Shown: positions 23,321 through 38,333 of the stretch, piece by piece
Layout: each line of letters opens with the position of its first letter
How positions within the stretch are numbered: the first letter of the stretch is position 1
NCBI RefSeq assembly: GCF_008831285.2
Contig: NC_045138.2
Location: forward strand, 24,676,001 to 24,740,000
Length of the DNA: 64,000 bases
Direction: 5' to 3'
From: Nymphaea colorata
Taxonomy: Eukaryota
The notes under the pieces: generated by a model
Told to the model about the DNA's origin: nothing
Seen by the model: the letters and a program-made list of their open reading frames with translations, nothing else
Database searches by the model: none
Program-made: the position numbers and the translations under genes

Positions 23321-24963
23321 TAAATCTTGTGAAGCTAAGACTTGTTTCAGCTGTAGGTTATGATTCTTGAATCGCGAAGATTACGAGTGTACTACATCTA
23401 GGACGAACTCCTAAATCTAGATATACATGAAGGAGAATTGCATTTGCGCCAAAGCTGCCACGTTTGAATACGCAGCTAGCGCTGGTGCCATTACCAACAT
23501 TCATCTCTTTATATAAAGGCAAATGAATGGTAAACCAGTATTTCTACCGAAATGGGGAACCCAACTCTTCTATCATCAGATCATAATTTCCCATTCATGT
23601 GGTACTTCGTCATACAGTTCATGTTGTCTGAACTTCATCTTCTCGATTCATCTAATTGAAAAGCTGTGTGCTTTGGAAGGTTTCCACTCATATGGTACTT
23701 TATTGTTCAATTATGCAAGAACCACTATTTTGAATTATTTGTCAGAAGTTACTGAAGTGAACCCATCCAAGGAAGCTCCCCTACTAGAGATCTGATGAGA
23801 AAAGGATGTATGAATTCCTTCATTTCGTCGGTCTGCTGCTGTCTAAATTGGGATTCATTTATTCAACTACGGGCCAACAAGCTGAATTTGGAGTTTTCAA
23901 GTTTTTTTAAACAGATAAACGTAAAATGTGGTTACCAAACATCTCATACGTATGCAACATAGTTTCAGGATCATTCTGAGTGTCTCCAATGGAAATAAAA
24001 CAAAGAAAATTTACATTTTTACTGTCAAATGATGGCTACGTCGAGTCAAAAGTTGTGGTTTTGAAAATTGTGAGATGTATTTTCAAACTGAAAGACTGTC
24101 TACTGACTCCTGGAAAAAAGGAAAGGACATTACTGCAAGAACCTAGAATGGTCATAAGCATTCAAATCTTCGTCATGTGACTGGCCAACACAAGTTTTAC
24201 CTTGTTGTTTCTTGTACAAGTCACAATATTCTAATTATATTCAGCATTTTAAACGTAAACCATTGTTGGATCAGTTCATTTGGACGTATATCCAAAACTT
24301 TATAAAAGCTTGAGACAGTACTGAAGTTTCTTTTTTTTTTCCGCTCATATCGAACGGAGGCTTCTACTTATACTGTCTTGAGGTATGAAATTTTGAAACA
24401 TATCAGTCAAAAAATTTTAGGATAATGGTATTATTTGAAAAAAAAAAATGACTACCCACAAAATGAACTCATTTGGCACTCTATATAGGCAAACAGCGCT
24501 GCCGCTTAGGTTTTGTCATTTGGGACGGATGATGGTGGTCTGTCGTTAAATAAGAGTCCTTAAAGTATGTAAATTGCAAAATAAAACTTTTTATGATTTT
24601 TGATGATGTCGAACAGGCCATATGAACTCGGCAATTCGGGCAGACTCAGATGCACTGATATATAAATACTATATATGTAAGAAATGGTTTATATATAACA
24701 CCCAATAATATGGATGTGATTTATATGATTAATTTAGTGCATAACTGTCTGTACAGAATGGCAGCTAGAGAAAATAGTCTCGCCGGCAGATTAGTCGCTG
24801 CTACTGCTGCTGCTGATGGTGAAATATTTGCACCCACCTCTACATCTCCCACATGCCCAGCACTTGAATCTGCCTCAAACTCCATGAAGAAATCGTTGGA
24901 GAGCTCCAGAGGACCATAACCCACTCGTCCAACTGTAGTAAAAAAACATGTATCACCACACGA

Positions 24964-25133
24964 TGCGCTCATGGACGTTAAGACCGCGTCCACTCTGACC
25001 TCCCGTCATCTTGCTCACCTTCACGTTGGCAGCAGGGTTCTATTTTCAGCGAATGGCTGCTTTCATCTCATGGGTCAAGCACATCTCCGTGATCCCTTAC
25101 ACTTACAGACTCCTTCCGGTTGCACAATACTCC
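24964..25133 (+). pseudogene. Decayed ABCG last-exon fragment at the unit1/unit2 junction
   Basis: 'gctcatggacgttaagaccgcgtccactctg...gcacaatactcc' aligns to 45150-45319 and to the reverse complement of ABCG exon 4 ([10 protein letters not shown]...GAQYS). Confidence 0.9.
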
Positions 25134-25860
25134 GTGTTGCGGTTTTGAAGTAACAGCTTCAAAGTTATCTTGATGGCTCTCCTTGCAAACTAAGGATACC
25201 ATTTGGTAAGGAGAACAATAACAAACTATTCCACTTGTCAGAATCATAAATCACAATATTACGGGGTTTCAAAAGTATTCCCTAATTATATCTGGGTAAA
25301 TACATTAAACAGTTTGCTGTCATTCCAAAACCTTGCACGTATGTTCACTATATGTTCAAATCAGGCGTTTATCTGACTTGGAACCGACCCTTTGCATTTC
25401 ACAACTGAAAAAAAAAATAGGTATATGCATTAAATCACTAATATTATATTTAAATATGAAAACATGGGTTACCTGTTTCCAGGTTCATTGACGAAAATTT
25501 TATATCCTACATGATGGGAGAAGCCAAATCATATACAGGGACGCGTGTAATCACTAGATCGGCTCCAAGTTTTCGACTTTGGCTGCTAATTATGTTGATT
25601 GGCTATGTGGTCGAACCATATATCCCACATTTTATTAGTGCAAGTGAAGTCCTAATTGACTATTTTGTAGAAATGTTGTTTCATTTAAAATTCCAAATTG
25701 TCCTTTTCTTTTGGGAGTCCCATCAATATATATCATGAACATGTGGTGGAGCCACTTACAGGGTGGACAATGGAATGCACGGACTCTAACCCCGGGCCCA
25801 GAAGGAAGGAGAAGCCAAGTCTCCACTGGTTTTCTTTTTTTTTTTTTTCAACACACTTTA

Positions 25861-26163
25861 GGTTGCGTTTGATTGCAAATCTTACATTTAGAGCTGCTTT
25901 TAAAACTTTGGATTTAAGATCCAAAGTTTTAAAAGCCCATGTTTTATGCTCTCCCTTAGACTTTTTTCTTTCCTCTCCTATCTAACTTTACATGTGAGTT
26001 TGAAATCCACACTTGAAGTCAAAACCCCCATCCCCTTCCTATTTGACATATCTATGGATTTCAGCACTTTCACAAATCAGAAATCTGCAGTTCTTAAATA
26101 AACCTCTGATTTATGCAGCAAATTGGACCTAGGATCTGAGATCCAAGGTTGTCAAATGCAACC
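25861..26163. mobile_element. Tourist/PIF-Harbinger MITE
   Basis: TIRs GGTTGCGTTTGA / TCAAATGCAACC with TTA TSD on both sides. Confidence 0.8.
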
Positions 26164-27152
26164 TTAGGGTTGCATAGCTTTCCACACGTTTGATGCTGAA
26201 GAGAATCGAATTAGGAACTGACCTTCTACTACCCACTAAATATTCTGACTAGCTACCACACAACATGTCGTAAATATGCTAGATTGGAGGAACAATTAAG
26301 AGAGTGCCCTCTCTTCGCCTGCAACCTACAATTAGCCACTGTAGGCACATGCGGAAAGACCTTACAAAATGTGCGTCACTTCATGTAAAAAGATCTGATA
26401 AGGACATTTATTTTTCATGAATCATTAAACCTTTGGACCTTCTTCTACTACATCTAAACTTGGTTTTATCATGAAAGTAAGTCCGTACGCTGACCTGATA
26501 TGCAACTGTCTATTATCTTTCATTTACGTTTGTAAGCTCCGATGTCCCTTTTTGCAGAAGCAACCTGTGGAATCACTTGGACTGGCATGACCTTCCCTCA
26601 AACCTGCTTTATATTAATTGTCAAAACAAATATCCGCTAAAGCATGGGTTCTCTCTCTTTCTTTATATATATATTATTATGTATATGTATATTGATTAAT
26701 GTCAATGATTATCCAAAGTCATTCAGCTTACTCATAAGGGTCATCCAGTCCTTGATGAGGAATGATAAAAAGAAAAACTATGATAAAAAAGCCATAGATA
26801 CTTTCATCATGTAGTATTAGTTCATGTTTTCTTCTTCTTCTTTTTTCTTTCAACTGCTTATCGTAAGATATCAAACAATCCTCTTGAGTGAGCTGGGTTC
26901 AGAGTCACCATTCACTTTCTGTAAAATAATAATGTTACAAGGCTTGGTAAAAAAAAGTTTTCTTTTTATCCGTCATTTCTTTCTTTGTCCGTAAAAAAAG
27001 GTTCCCTTTTTCTGTTAACAAGGAACAATTATAATCATTAAGCATACTGCACACAAATTTTAATCATTGCACACAAATTTTAATCATTAACAACGCCTGC
27101 TTTTTGGTTTTTTTGCTGATGCATAATAAGTACCCGTACTTTCCAAAAATTT

Positions 27153-28056
27153 CTTTGATGGTTGGAAATATGAAAATGAAAAAAAAAATCATAAATAAAT
27201 TTTTGGAATTGGTAAATGGAAAATAAAATTCATATTTTGAAAATTCATATTTCGAAAATCAGCTTGTGTTTGTTAACTTAAAATATTTTTCTGAAAAAAA
27301 ATTTCTTTGTGAAGGAGGAGGGAGAAGGGAGAGAGGGAGGAAGAAAGGAAGGGAAGAGAGGGAGGAGGAAGAAGGGTTGGGAAGGGAGGAAGAAGGGAAG
27401 AAAAAGGAGGGGAGGAAGTGAAGGAGGGAAGAGGGAGGAGAATGAAATGCCCATAGTAAGCCCTTCTTCTTCCTTCACTTTTTCCTCCTCCCTCCCTTCT
27501 TTGTCCGCCCTCTTTCCTTTCTTTCTCCTCCCTCCTCCTCCACCTCCCTTCCCTTCCTCCTCCCTCTTCCCCCTTCCTCCTCCTCCGCCTCCTGTCCTCC
27601 GCCTCCCTTTCCTTCCTCCTTTTTCCCGCCTCCCTTCTTCCTCCTCCTCCTTCCTCTGCCTCCCTTTCGTTCCTCCCTTTTCCGCCTCCCTTCTTTTTTT
27701 GTCCTCTTTCCCTTCTACCTCCTCCCTCCTTTCCTTCTTCATCCCTCGCTTCCTTCTTCCTCCTCCCTCCTTCCCTTCTTCCTCTTTCCTCCTCCCTCAT
27801 TCCTTTCTTCCTCCGCGTCTCTTCATCCGCGTAACGGTAAAAAAAACAAATTCTGAAAAAGTTTTTCACCCCTCTAGCTGAAAAAATATTTTTCCACCCC
27901 TCACCCCTCTAGCTGGAAAAATATTTTCCCACCTATTTTTTCCATTTTTGCCTTTAACAGTAAAAAAGAAAAAAAAAAATCTGTGTTTGATGGAGGAGAA
28001 AAAATTTTAAAAATTTGAATTTTATCTTCTCTCCTATCAGGCCATCAAACGGGCCC
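27153..28056. mobile_element. Paralog of the 2943-4100 PIF/Harbinger-type element (left TIR eroded)
   Basis: Same subterminal sequences and GA/CT core. Right end CCATCAAACGGGCCC + TTA. Confidence 0.7.
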
Positions 28057-29785
28057 TTAAGGGTTGACCGTAAAACCAAGGTTAAGAATAGACCATAGGA
28101 GCAACGCCAAAAAAAGCACTAGTTTGGTGACTCTGTCTGTGTGGTCTGGGTCCTTCCAAGGGGAGTGGGATTTGCCAGGTATACAGTAGAAGGTAATCCT
28201 GCCCACACGAAAGTGTTTGCAGGTACTAAAAAGATACTAATAAACTTGGGAATTCGTTTTGCTTTTATTCCAAACAAGATGAATATGCGGTAGCAAAAAA
28301 CTTTCCCTTGGAAACAGCAAAGTTCATCACATAAAAACTTTCAGAATATTGCAGCCGTCCAAAGTCATCGCGTGAAAGTCTTACCTATTTCATACGAAAG
28401 TTGTCGCTGCTATACACGTGCAAGGTTTTTCTACGAGTCTGGGCTCACGAGATCGAACGACCTTTCATTTTTTCTATTTTCTCGACCCACCTCTCTAAAT
28501 GCAATCTTCATTTCGATGTGAAAGTGGAAACTAATTAAAATTCATGTCAGCCGAGAGAGTGAAAACGCTTGTACAGGTTCAGTTCTTGTGTTCATGAACA
28601 TCTCTCAAGCGCATTATCACAACGTTGTTTTACATAATCAAGCTCGCCTCTTTTGTACTTTATGAACCATAAAATGCGGGGCAATTTGAACTTTGTTTCA
28701 CATAAAACCAACCATACATCACCTTAAATATTGGACAACAGAAGGGGAAAGCAGTGCCATGGCCGTCATGTTGACCGGCTAACGTCAGCACAAAAACCTC
28801 GCTGCCCCTCAAACCCCCGTTTGGAAGTTGAATTGTGCTCCTCATCAGTTAGTTTTGACTTTTTTTTTTCTAGTTAAAGTAAACAAATCGAGGTTAGGAA
28901 TCCCATCTACAAGAAACTGACAAGTGATCATGGAATCGAGGGAAAAGAAAAAAACCTCACACATTTGCCATGTTTGTATCAGTGAACTGCAGGAAACTGC
29001 GGAGACAACATACTTTGTTTTTGTATCAGTGAACAGCAGGAAACTAAAGAGACAACATACCTTGTTCGCTGATGCATGGGAAGATAACCTCGGTGATAGT
29101 GATAGTGTTAGATTGGCGAACATAACCTCGCTGATACAGGAGAAGAATGCATCGGAGTACTTTGTTGTCTGCAGTGAACTTGTCCATGGTAGGGGCCACC
29201 CCGGCCCGAATTATTTAACAGTCCTAAAAGAAATGAACATGGATATTTCCCCCAGAAATTATTAGAAAACTGACAATCAACCATCATTTTCTTTATGTTC
29301 GATCAGAAACGAGAGGCTATTAGATTCTGAAGGTTAGTAGATGGTCGGTGATGATGAGCGCGAGCAATTAGATCTTGAATTGGTCATATCGCAGGAAGTC
29401 ATGGAGCAGTAGCTGCCTGAGGGGTACACTGAAGTTCATCCTTGATATTGAGGTCAAGTTCAGGTTGTCCCCGTAAGTGTCCGTGAATTTATGAATGTAT
29501 TGTGATCGCGTTGAGCATACTTTGTCAACTGAAAGGCTAATTATCTTAAATCTTATGCTTAGTGCCACAGTTAAAACTGTAAACATGATGCGAAGCGTGA
29601 CTTGAATTAGGTCTGAAAGTGTAGTTGACAGTCATCCATTCACATGCGGGGATCATCTTCTTCTCAGCCTTATAGAGAAACAGAATTGAAATTGTAGTAG
29701 GAAACCAGCTGTAAAGGATAAAAGGAAAATTGCATTTCGAACTAGGAACTGTTTTTATTAGCCTTCAGCTTAGTTGCCAATGAAG

Positions 29786-30321
29786 TCAATTAAACAAGCA
29801 CGAGTATGGTTCCTGCTGGTGGTTTTGAAAGTAAAAGGAGTCTATCAGTGGGGTGCAAAAGCTTCCGCCAGTTTTCTCAGCGATACTAATACAATTACCC
29901 GCCATGTAGGTCGGCAGATTCATGAAAAAATCATCTGTACTGAGGTTGAAATCTGAGCTGTATGTTAGTTGCTGTTGTTGGTAATCAGCGTTCATTTCCC
30001 GCACCGCCGTCCATTGGTTCACGTTGGACTCCGAACTTTGGTCGCCGCCGGCGGAAAGTGATGCAAAGGACTCTCCATCCGAAGGGAAACTGACGACTTC
30101 ATCATGCTGTTTCAACCTTTGCATTCCCTTCTGCAGGCCGGTCCGCTTCTTGTAAATTCGGCACAGAACCCAATCATCACGCTACAGCGGCAGCAAACGT
30201 ATTCTCCAGTCAGTGATAATTATAGCCTCCTAATTAAGCTTGATCATAGATGAAATATACAAGTTCTTTTTTAATAAATTGGTTCGATTCTAAGTATGGT
30301 TTGCCTAAATCTTACAAAGTA

Positions 30322-30366
<45 letters not shown>

Positions 30367-31134
30367 TTTATTATAAGTTGTAATTGTTCATTTGCAAATT
30401 TATTCTATGGGGAAACCACACTTCAGTGGAGCTGAGAGTCATAAAACAATACGGAGATGTGCATAATTTAGACATTTAGGAGAACAACTCATTAGGAAAA
30501 GATTGGTGTTTGTGGTGCGGAAAATACATTGTCTGGTTACATAACTTGAATCTCCAGTGAAATAAGTGCAAAAAGGGTGGTCACTTACGCAGGGGGTTGC
30601 TTTTTTTTGTGGGAGGCGGCCATTGTCATCTAGGAGCCGGTATTCATGCATGATCCAATTGGTCTTGCTCCCGTTTGGAGGCTTTCCTACATAGAAAACG
30701 AGCGCCTTCTTGGTGCCCACTTTGCGGCCGTTGGCCACGATGGTCTTGTCGGTGCCGGTAGCCTTCCAGAAGCCGGATCCGGCGCCCCTGTTGGGCCTCG
30801 ACCCATTGGGGAACTTCCGGTGCCTCTGGCTGAAAAAATACCACTCGTTGTCGCCAAAAAAAGCTTTACCTGCATAACCCAAATCAGCACATTTATAAAG
30901 AAATCAGAACCAGTAAGGAAGAGGCAGTAGAGAAGAAAATGGGTGGTGGCTGTGAGGGGACGCACCAGGCAGGTCCCATGGGTCGTGTCTGTAGAGGTGG
31001 ACGTCTGCAATGACGTTGGAGGAGAAGGTGAGACCGGAAGTCTTGGGGAGGAGGTATTGGACCAGAAGCTCCTCATCGGTGGGGTGAAACCTGAACCCTG
31101 GTGGCAGGTACATCTCAATCCCTGTTCCTTCCAT
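29786..31134 (-). CDS. NAC domain transcription factor A2, 281 aa
   Basis: Exons 31134-30966, 30869-30589, 30181-29786; 846 nt in frame. Near-identical to A1. Exon 3 starts [12 protein letters not shown]. Confidence 0.95.
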
Positions 31135-33561
31135 CCTCATGCAACAGAAACGGATAGAGAGTTTGAGAGAAGAAGATAGGTAGAGAAAGACAGTATTGAA
31201 GCTGCTCAGGGCTCGTCCTCTGAAGGAGGCCGAACAATTCCAATTCATTTTATAGATGAAGAAAAAGAGTAAGAGAGGGATTTGGGAACGAGTTGAACTA
31301 TGACGTAATTGCAAACATCAACCCTCGAATGGAAGCTATTTACTTGCTTCAACTCTTTTGTGTATATGCAGATATATTTGGTACAAACCTTTATTTTGTT
31401 TCCAAATTGCCTTTTTAGCTTATAAAATTCACAGACCAATTTTTGTGATCCTTGTCGATTCAGAGATGCACTTTTCAAAAAGCAAAAATTTTATTAAGAA
31501 AAATAAAATATATATGCCGAAGTTGCATGCACATGCCCACATGCGACTCCACCACTGACCAACGATGATTTTGACATGAACTTAGAACAGATTTAATTCG
31601 ATCCACCAGCATCCTCAGTTTCTTGATCTTGGTAAAGTTTGGAATTATTTGATGCCGGCGAGGTAGAGGGATTCTTATCAATTTATGCTTGTGGTGGGCC
31701 TTACTCTGTCGGGCTCCATTCACTATGCAATTGAACAACCTGAAAATTGCTGTTGAGACCTAAATGCATGTAGATTTTTAAATTTTCTTCGCATCTGAGA
31801 ACTTTAGTGATTATAATCACTGAAGATCCAAAGGTTCAATTTAGCATCCCATTTCTTGCGATCCAATGGTTTAAACCAACATATTGTAAGTTTTAATATA
31901 TACTTTACTTTTTGAAAACTTTAGGAGGAGGAGCATTGCCCTTTTTGAGAGATGATGTCGGTCCATCCTTCCACTCTTTTTCTACCCATTGTTTTGTTTT
32001 TCTATACGTTGTATTAATACTTTCTCTTTTGCTTTTGTCTTGCGGTTTGTTACTGTAACTAGGGGACTTTTTGTCCCCAATTTTTGTATCTAGGGGACGT
32101 CTTATCCCTCAATTTTGATATGCATTCCCATTTTATCGACACTCTCTCTCTCTCTATCTGTATGTGTGTGTGTAATGAACTGATGTCATCAAAGCATCTT
32201 TACACTCCAAATTAGATTTTTAGAGGCAAAACAATTTATTGCGTCCAAAACAGATTTTATAGAATGTTTGGATGGTACCAAAACCATATTTTCTCAAATA
32301 TCATTTTTGAAAAAACCCTAGTTTTTAAAATGGATTGAATAACTGGGTTTTTACAAAAGAAAAAAAAAACTTTAGGTGTATCATTCCCAAATGTACAACC
32401 AATTTTCAAGAATGATTAGAAAACCATTTTTTCACAAAAGCAATTTTTTTCTGAACAGCTTTTCACGAAGAAACGTTATCCAATTAAACACAGCCTTGGG
32501 GGTTTGGGCAAAACTCAGTTTTATATCCATCATCAAAGGGGGCGCTGCATGCATGCAAGAAGACATATCTTTCATTTAATTCTTATTGGTGTTATGCCTC
32601 AAAAGGTATAAATGGCTTTGGAAGCAGAGAGAATGGGGCAGCATAAGCATTGGGGCCGAAAACTAATTTTCCAGATGGTCGGTCGTTAACCTTTCCTTCA
32701 TCTAGAAAACTAATTACGTATTTGAGGTGAGTTGGAGTCAAAATCAAGCCCGTCAACATTGACAGCTGATAATCGAGCAATGACACCATTTACGAGCCCC
32801 AATCCCATTTTGGTCGTGGTTTCGTGTCTGGTTGGGACCAGTCCATGAATGAGCCAAAGTTACGAAGGAAAGCGTTTTAAAACAGACAAGTCTTTTGTCT
32901 TGAAATTCGGAGCTTCTACGAATGTGAATTCACATATTATGTCTGCTCCCCCAATTATTAATGTCTGGAGACATAAGTAGCAATCAACTAGGCTGGCATG
33001 TAATATTGTTATATTATGGACAGTTTGTTAATAGTAGGCATTGAAAATACATTTCTAATGTGATTTTCCACTCTTGACATGACTGACCATGATATATGGT
33101 CCTCATATTCTCATGAAAATAGCTAAGGCTAGTTACGTACATTTTAATTCTCATGATCATCTTTTAATTTGGAACTCATATTTTTAACATGTAAATTCAA
33201 CCCCTGAGTTTCTGGTGAATGTTCCTAGAAAATGCTTGGCTGCCTAGATGGCGGCTACACATTCATTGCACTAGCGTTACGTTGGCTTCGCCGCAATAGC
33301 GGCCCGGCGCCGACCGGTTATTTGAGTCGTACTTGCTATGATTTGTGTCCCAGTGCAGATAAGAAAAGACGATATCGATCATAAGTGGATTTTAAATGGT
33401 CGTCGTTATAAATTTTATGGCTGTTTGCTTGTCTATGACCCTGTCGGAACGAAACTGCTTAGTGTTGCTTTGGCTTTCGTTTTTTTCACACTATAGATTA
33501 GATTATAGGAGGACTAAAATTTTAGCTTCCATTTCATTTTAATTTGCAAATTTGTGAAGAG

Positions 33562-34001
33562 TAAGGATGTCAATGAATCGGATTTGAAATGAGTATCCAA
33601 CCAAATTACTAATCCATCACATATGGCCCAACAAAAAGAAAAATCTGACTTCTCTTATTAAAAAAAATGGACCAGATTCAAATTTATTATGAAATAACAT
33701 CTGATTGAAAGGGTATTTCGTTTGAAAGAAATTACATCGGATTGTATTTGGATTTGGATTCAAATTCAATTTTCCATAAATATTATATAATATTCATATG
33801 TTTTAAGAGTGGCTTGTTAGCATATCATGATGGGGTCCGAATTCATTAAGCAGAACTGAATTCGGATTGTGAATTTAAAGTTAGGAATCAACAAATCAAT
33901 TTTCTCCATTTTTATTCGAATGTGAATTTGAATATATGGACATTTCATAATTTGTGTTGCTTAAGGGACCATCTGATTCAAATCCCATCCCTTGACATCT
34001 C
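33562..34001. mobile_element. hAT-like MITE
   Basis: Termini TAAGGATGTCAA ... TTGACATCTC with CGGAT/ATCC-type subterminal motifs. A truncated relative lies at ~36514. Confidence 0.5.
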
Positions 34002-34397
34002 GTTCCTATGATGTTAGATGTTTTGATGACCTTAACTTCAAACCCTTTACATGTACAGAGCTAAATGAAGCTGTTGATTGTAATGTGGAACTTTTGTCAC
34101 ATATGGAAAAATAAGTCATCATATTTAAGATGAAAGTAACCAAGAACCTTCCAAGTTTTGGCTTAATCATGTGAGTTGCTGCTTAATCTACCTAGAAGAG
34201 ATCCGACAATATTAATACATTTATTTCTACTGTTTTGTTGCTCTACAAATAATACATGCACGACTCTGCTTGGTTACGCGTTCTGTTGCTTGAACAGTAA
34301 GATTGAATTAGGTGTTTCTAGGATGTCTAGTGACAGGCCCAACTGGCATATATTTATATAACTCTGGTTTTGGAGAAATCGGTTTTCATTGTACAAG

Positions 34398-34398
<1 letters not shown>

Positions 34399-34463
<65 letters not shown>
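34399..34463. repeat. (TA)n microsatellite (others at ~30325-30365 and (CT)n(TA)n ~37510-37569)
   Basis: Directly visible. Confidence 0.95.
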
Positions 34464-34467
<4 letters not shown>

Positions 34468-37400
34468 AGCATGGGATTTTCAAGCCCTAAACGTCATTGA
34501 CGGTAAACCTTTTAGTGATAAAATTAAAGGTTCAAAAGGAAGTCGCGTGAACTGGCGACTAACAAATACACCATAAACACCAGTTGTATTTAATTATTGC
34601 CTCCAAAGCAGTTGACGTTAAGCTTGGACATGGACATGGGGCTTAGGTACCCGACAAGTATCAGGTACTCGGTCTAATTAAACTTGACTTAAAAGAATAG
34701 CTCCAACCTGGTTCAATGGAGTCTGATTCGGCCTGATTAATTATTTTATTTTATTTTTATTTAATAATGATATATGATTTATTAATAAAGATATATTTTA
34801 TATTCAAAAATTTTATTTTATATTATTTTTTTTTATTTTAATCCGGTCAGACCGAGTCAAGTTTCACGCCTAATTAACCCCTCGCTCATCTAGGTTTGGT
34901 TGGAGTCAGAAATCAAGCCCCTCAAATTGTCTGCTGATGAATAGGACGTCCGTCGGGCCTGCGCCGGTCGTAATCCCATTCTGGGCACCTGTCCCCTGAT
35001 GAACCCAAATTTTAAAGCACAAAACGTGTGTAGAAATTCGGAGCTTCGATGAAACTCCGGCCACATGAATTCAAATAAGTAAGTCCGCATTCATTAGATA
35101 TCAGGTCAGGTTCTGAAGCCATGCTCGAACTGTTTATATCCTACGATTTAATTAATCCTTTTTTTTTCTTCTCTTTCTGCTACCACCTTAGAAGGACCTC
35201 TAGTATGAAGTTTTTTATTTCGAGCATAGGGTGCATCATAGCCGTGTTTATTATGGTCAATTTGTTAATAGTTTCCAAAGGAAAATGTGATTTTCCACTA
35301 CTTGACAAGACTGATGATTATGATATATATATGGTCCTTTAATTGCCTGTCTAAATTAAACTGATGTTTGTGGACTCTCCAGTATTTTAAAGTGGTTTTC
35401 AAAATGCAACTACATAGATAGACTCAGAAAATAAAATTTTATGGTTGAAACAGTAAATCATGAAAGACAATATCACGATCAAACTAAGACGTTGATGTTT
35501 AATGTGATATATAACATTATTATCAGTACTCATGATCATCTTTTTAATTTGAAACTCAAATTTTTGAACATGTAAATTCAACCCCACCAGACCTGGGTTT
35601 CTAGTCAATGTTTTCAGAAATGCTTGGCCACCAAGATGGCTAGATAAATTGATGACGAACCGATGGCAAGCGGATTGGATCCTTCAGAGGTCGCTTAACA
35701 TTCAGAGAGGTTGCTTGGCAATGGAAACACTGCCCAAAAATTTAGGGCTGATGCAGGAAACACTATAACATAGTACTGTTTAATAAAACCCTTTCAGTTC
35801 TTTATTCATGTAACAATAACAAATTGTTTCTATCACAGAATGGCCATCTAAGGTGTGTTTCATTTGACAACTAAGACACTAGATGTATGTTCCATAAATC
35901 TGCCAAAAAAAATAGACCAAGTTTATGTAACACGAAAACTAGGGTTCCATGAACATGTCCCAAAAAAATTAGACAACTCATAAAACACTGACAAATTATT
36001 CCATTGACATGCCGTTTGGCAAACAATAACGTTTCATGCATATAACCCAAAAATTGGTTACATTTATTGAATACTTTATAATATATTCCATAAATTTTAT
36101 TCCTTTTTGGAGCAGTTTCACTGTTACTCTTTCTAAACAGCTCTTTACAAAATCACAGAGTGCTAATATATATATATATATATATGCATTGCAATGTTGG
36201 TTTCACACTCATTGCACTAGAGTTATATTGGCTTCGCCGGAATAGCTTCCCTGTGCTGACGGGTTAATTTAGTCCTACTTGTTAGGATTTGTGTCCCACT
36301 GCTGATCAGAAAGGATGATATCGATAATAAGCGGACTTGAAATGCTCGTCCATATAAATTTTGGTTGTTTGCTTTTTAGGATGACTACCAATTTATGGAT
36401 GACTGACCCTGACGTAACGAAACTGCCGGCTTGGACTTTAAGTTTCATTTTTTTGTCGCGGATGTGTTACTTTGGATTTTCTTTCGGGTGTAAACATCTT
36501 CTTTTCCAGAAGAGTAGGGATGTAAATGAATCGGGTTTGAAATAGGTATTCAATCAAATTACCAAGACAGTCAGATATGGCCGAATCAATAATTAGCCGA
36601 TACATCTGGCTATATATGTAGCTCTCAGGTTAGATGATTTTCTTTCACATGCTAATCAAAGACGAAAGATTACATCAAGAGCCTTCTTATTTTATCGAAA
36701 AGTGGCGGAAAGCTGGTTTTTCGATTGATTTGGAGATTAATAGTCTACCGAAAAAGATCTAAAAGTTTTGTTGTTCCTTTTACCTTTAATCTCATGTGTA
36801 GGGTACAGTACACCGAGCAACAAAATCCACCGTTTATAATCTATAAAAATAACTTGAACAGTAAAACTACACCCCAAGGTGTGTAAAACTGTTTCTTAAA
36901 CAATCATCCACCAAAAATTTAAAATTTCATAAATTGGAGAGATATATAACTGCGGTAGTCCAGATAATTAATTAGGAGCTGCATATAGCCAACGGCGGGT
37001 CGACCAACCTAAAATTTTTTGTCGTGTTTCTCTGCGATTATGGACATAAGCTTATGGTGATTATTTTTTCGTACATGCCGATGGGACAAAAACTTGGAAA
37101 ATGCCATACATTCTTGTTGAGTTACCATGCATGACCCAGTATTTTTCCTTTTTTTTTTTTTTGTGAAGTCGGTAAATATGTCATGTTCCCGGCCGGTACT
37201 GTCAGTCAGTGTCCATTGGCCTAGATCGACTGGTTTCAACCAAATTGAAGCTTGTAAGTTTGTTTTATATGTTGATACGATAAATCATTTAATGGAGGCA
37301 ACTGCAATATCTCATTCATCATTAATTGTTCGATGCCTTATATTTTTTTTTTCTCATTTTTTTCTCTTAATTTAATTTTTTATTTAGTTTAAAAATATAA

Positions 37401-37509
37401 ATCATAATTTTGCCTGGTTTTCCAATGATTATGGTTTCAATTTTATTTAGCCGATTCTCTCAATGTTTTACTAGGTTTGATATAAAATATTACTTCCTTA
37501 CACACTCCA

Positions 37510-37571
<62 letters not shown>

Positions 37572-38333
37572 CTACTTATTCTTTAAGCACGGACACATCA
37601 AACACCCTTCTTTAGAACTTATATTTTTTGTTAAGCCTCCTATGAAGTTTTCAAGCCCTAAACGTCGTTGACCTTATAATTTTTTTGTGATAAAGGTTCA
37701 TAACATAAACACGAGCGACATTTATTTATTGCCTCGAAACCGCAGCTAAAATATTTTAAAACTAGTTATGTTTAAACTTATGTTTCTGTCAAATATATTT
37801 CTTATTCACTTATTTCTCTAGCACATTTTGTTTGCTAGCACTAAAGTTTACTCAATTTATTTCTTTAATTTTCCTTAAGTTGAACTATTGATATTTTGGT
37901 TTGTTAGGGGGCTTTTTGTTTAGCACTTCGATCAATTACTAATTACTCAGGGTGGAGCCAGAATAGAACCAATCCTTGTTTTTCTAATAAGTTTATAGGG
38001 GCCAAACAAACATTTTTAAAATTTTAACTTGCAAATTTTACTTTTTCAGAACACAGAGGGGCCATGGCCCCCACAGGAGGTAGACAACAAGGTTACGTCT
38101 ACTGGACTTTCATGACCAATAGAAGTATACAATCAAGTGCTATAGAACGCTCCACAAATTGTAAAGTGTTTCTATAAGGAAAAAAAAGGTACTCAATAGA
38201 GAGTGTTGCAGGATTTATTTTCAATCCTCAAAGTCATAGTAAATAGCCATATCCTGTGGAGCTGCCATGCACCAGGGAGCCGAAGAACGGTGTATAATTG
38301 CTGTGGTTGCTTCTACCTCCATCATCAGCCGTA

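Larger units (their letters stand above)
932..25133. repeat. Tandem segmental duplication unit 1 (~24.2 kb; NAC-A1, NAC-B1)
   Basis: Collinear with 25134-45319 (e.g. 932-2900 vs 25134-27150; NAC-A exon 1-2 offset 23941; 22000-24965 vs 40000-42565), with unit-specific insertions and deletions. Confidence 0.92.
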
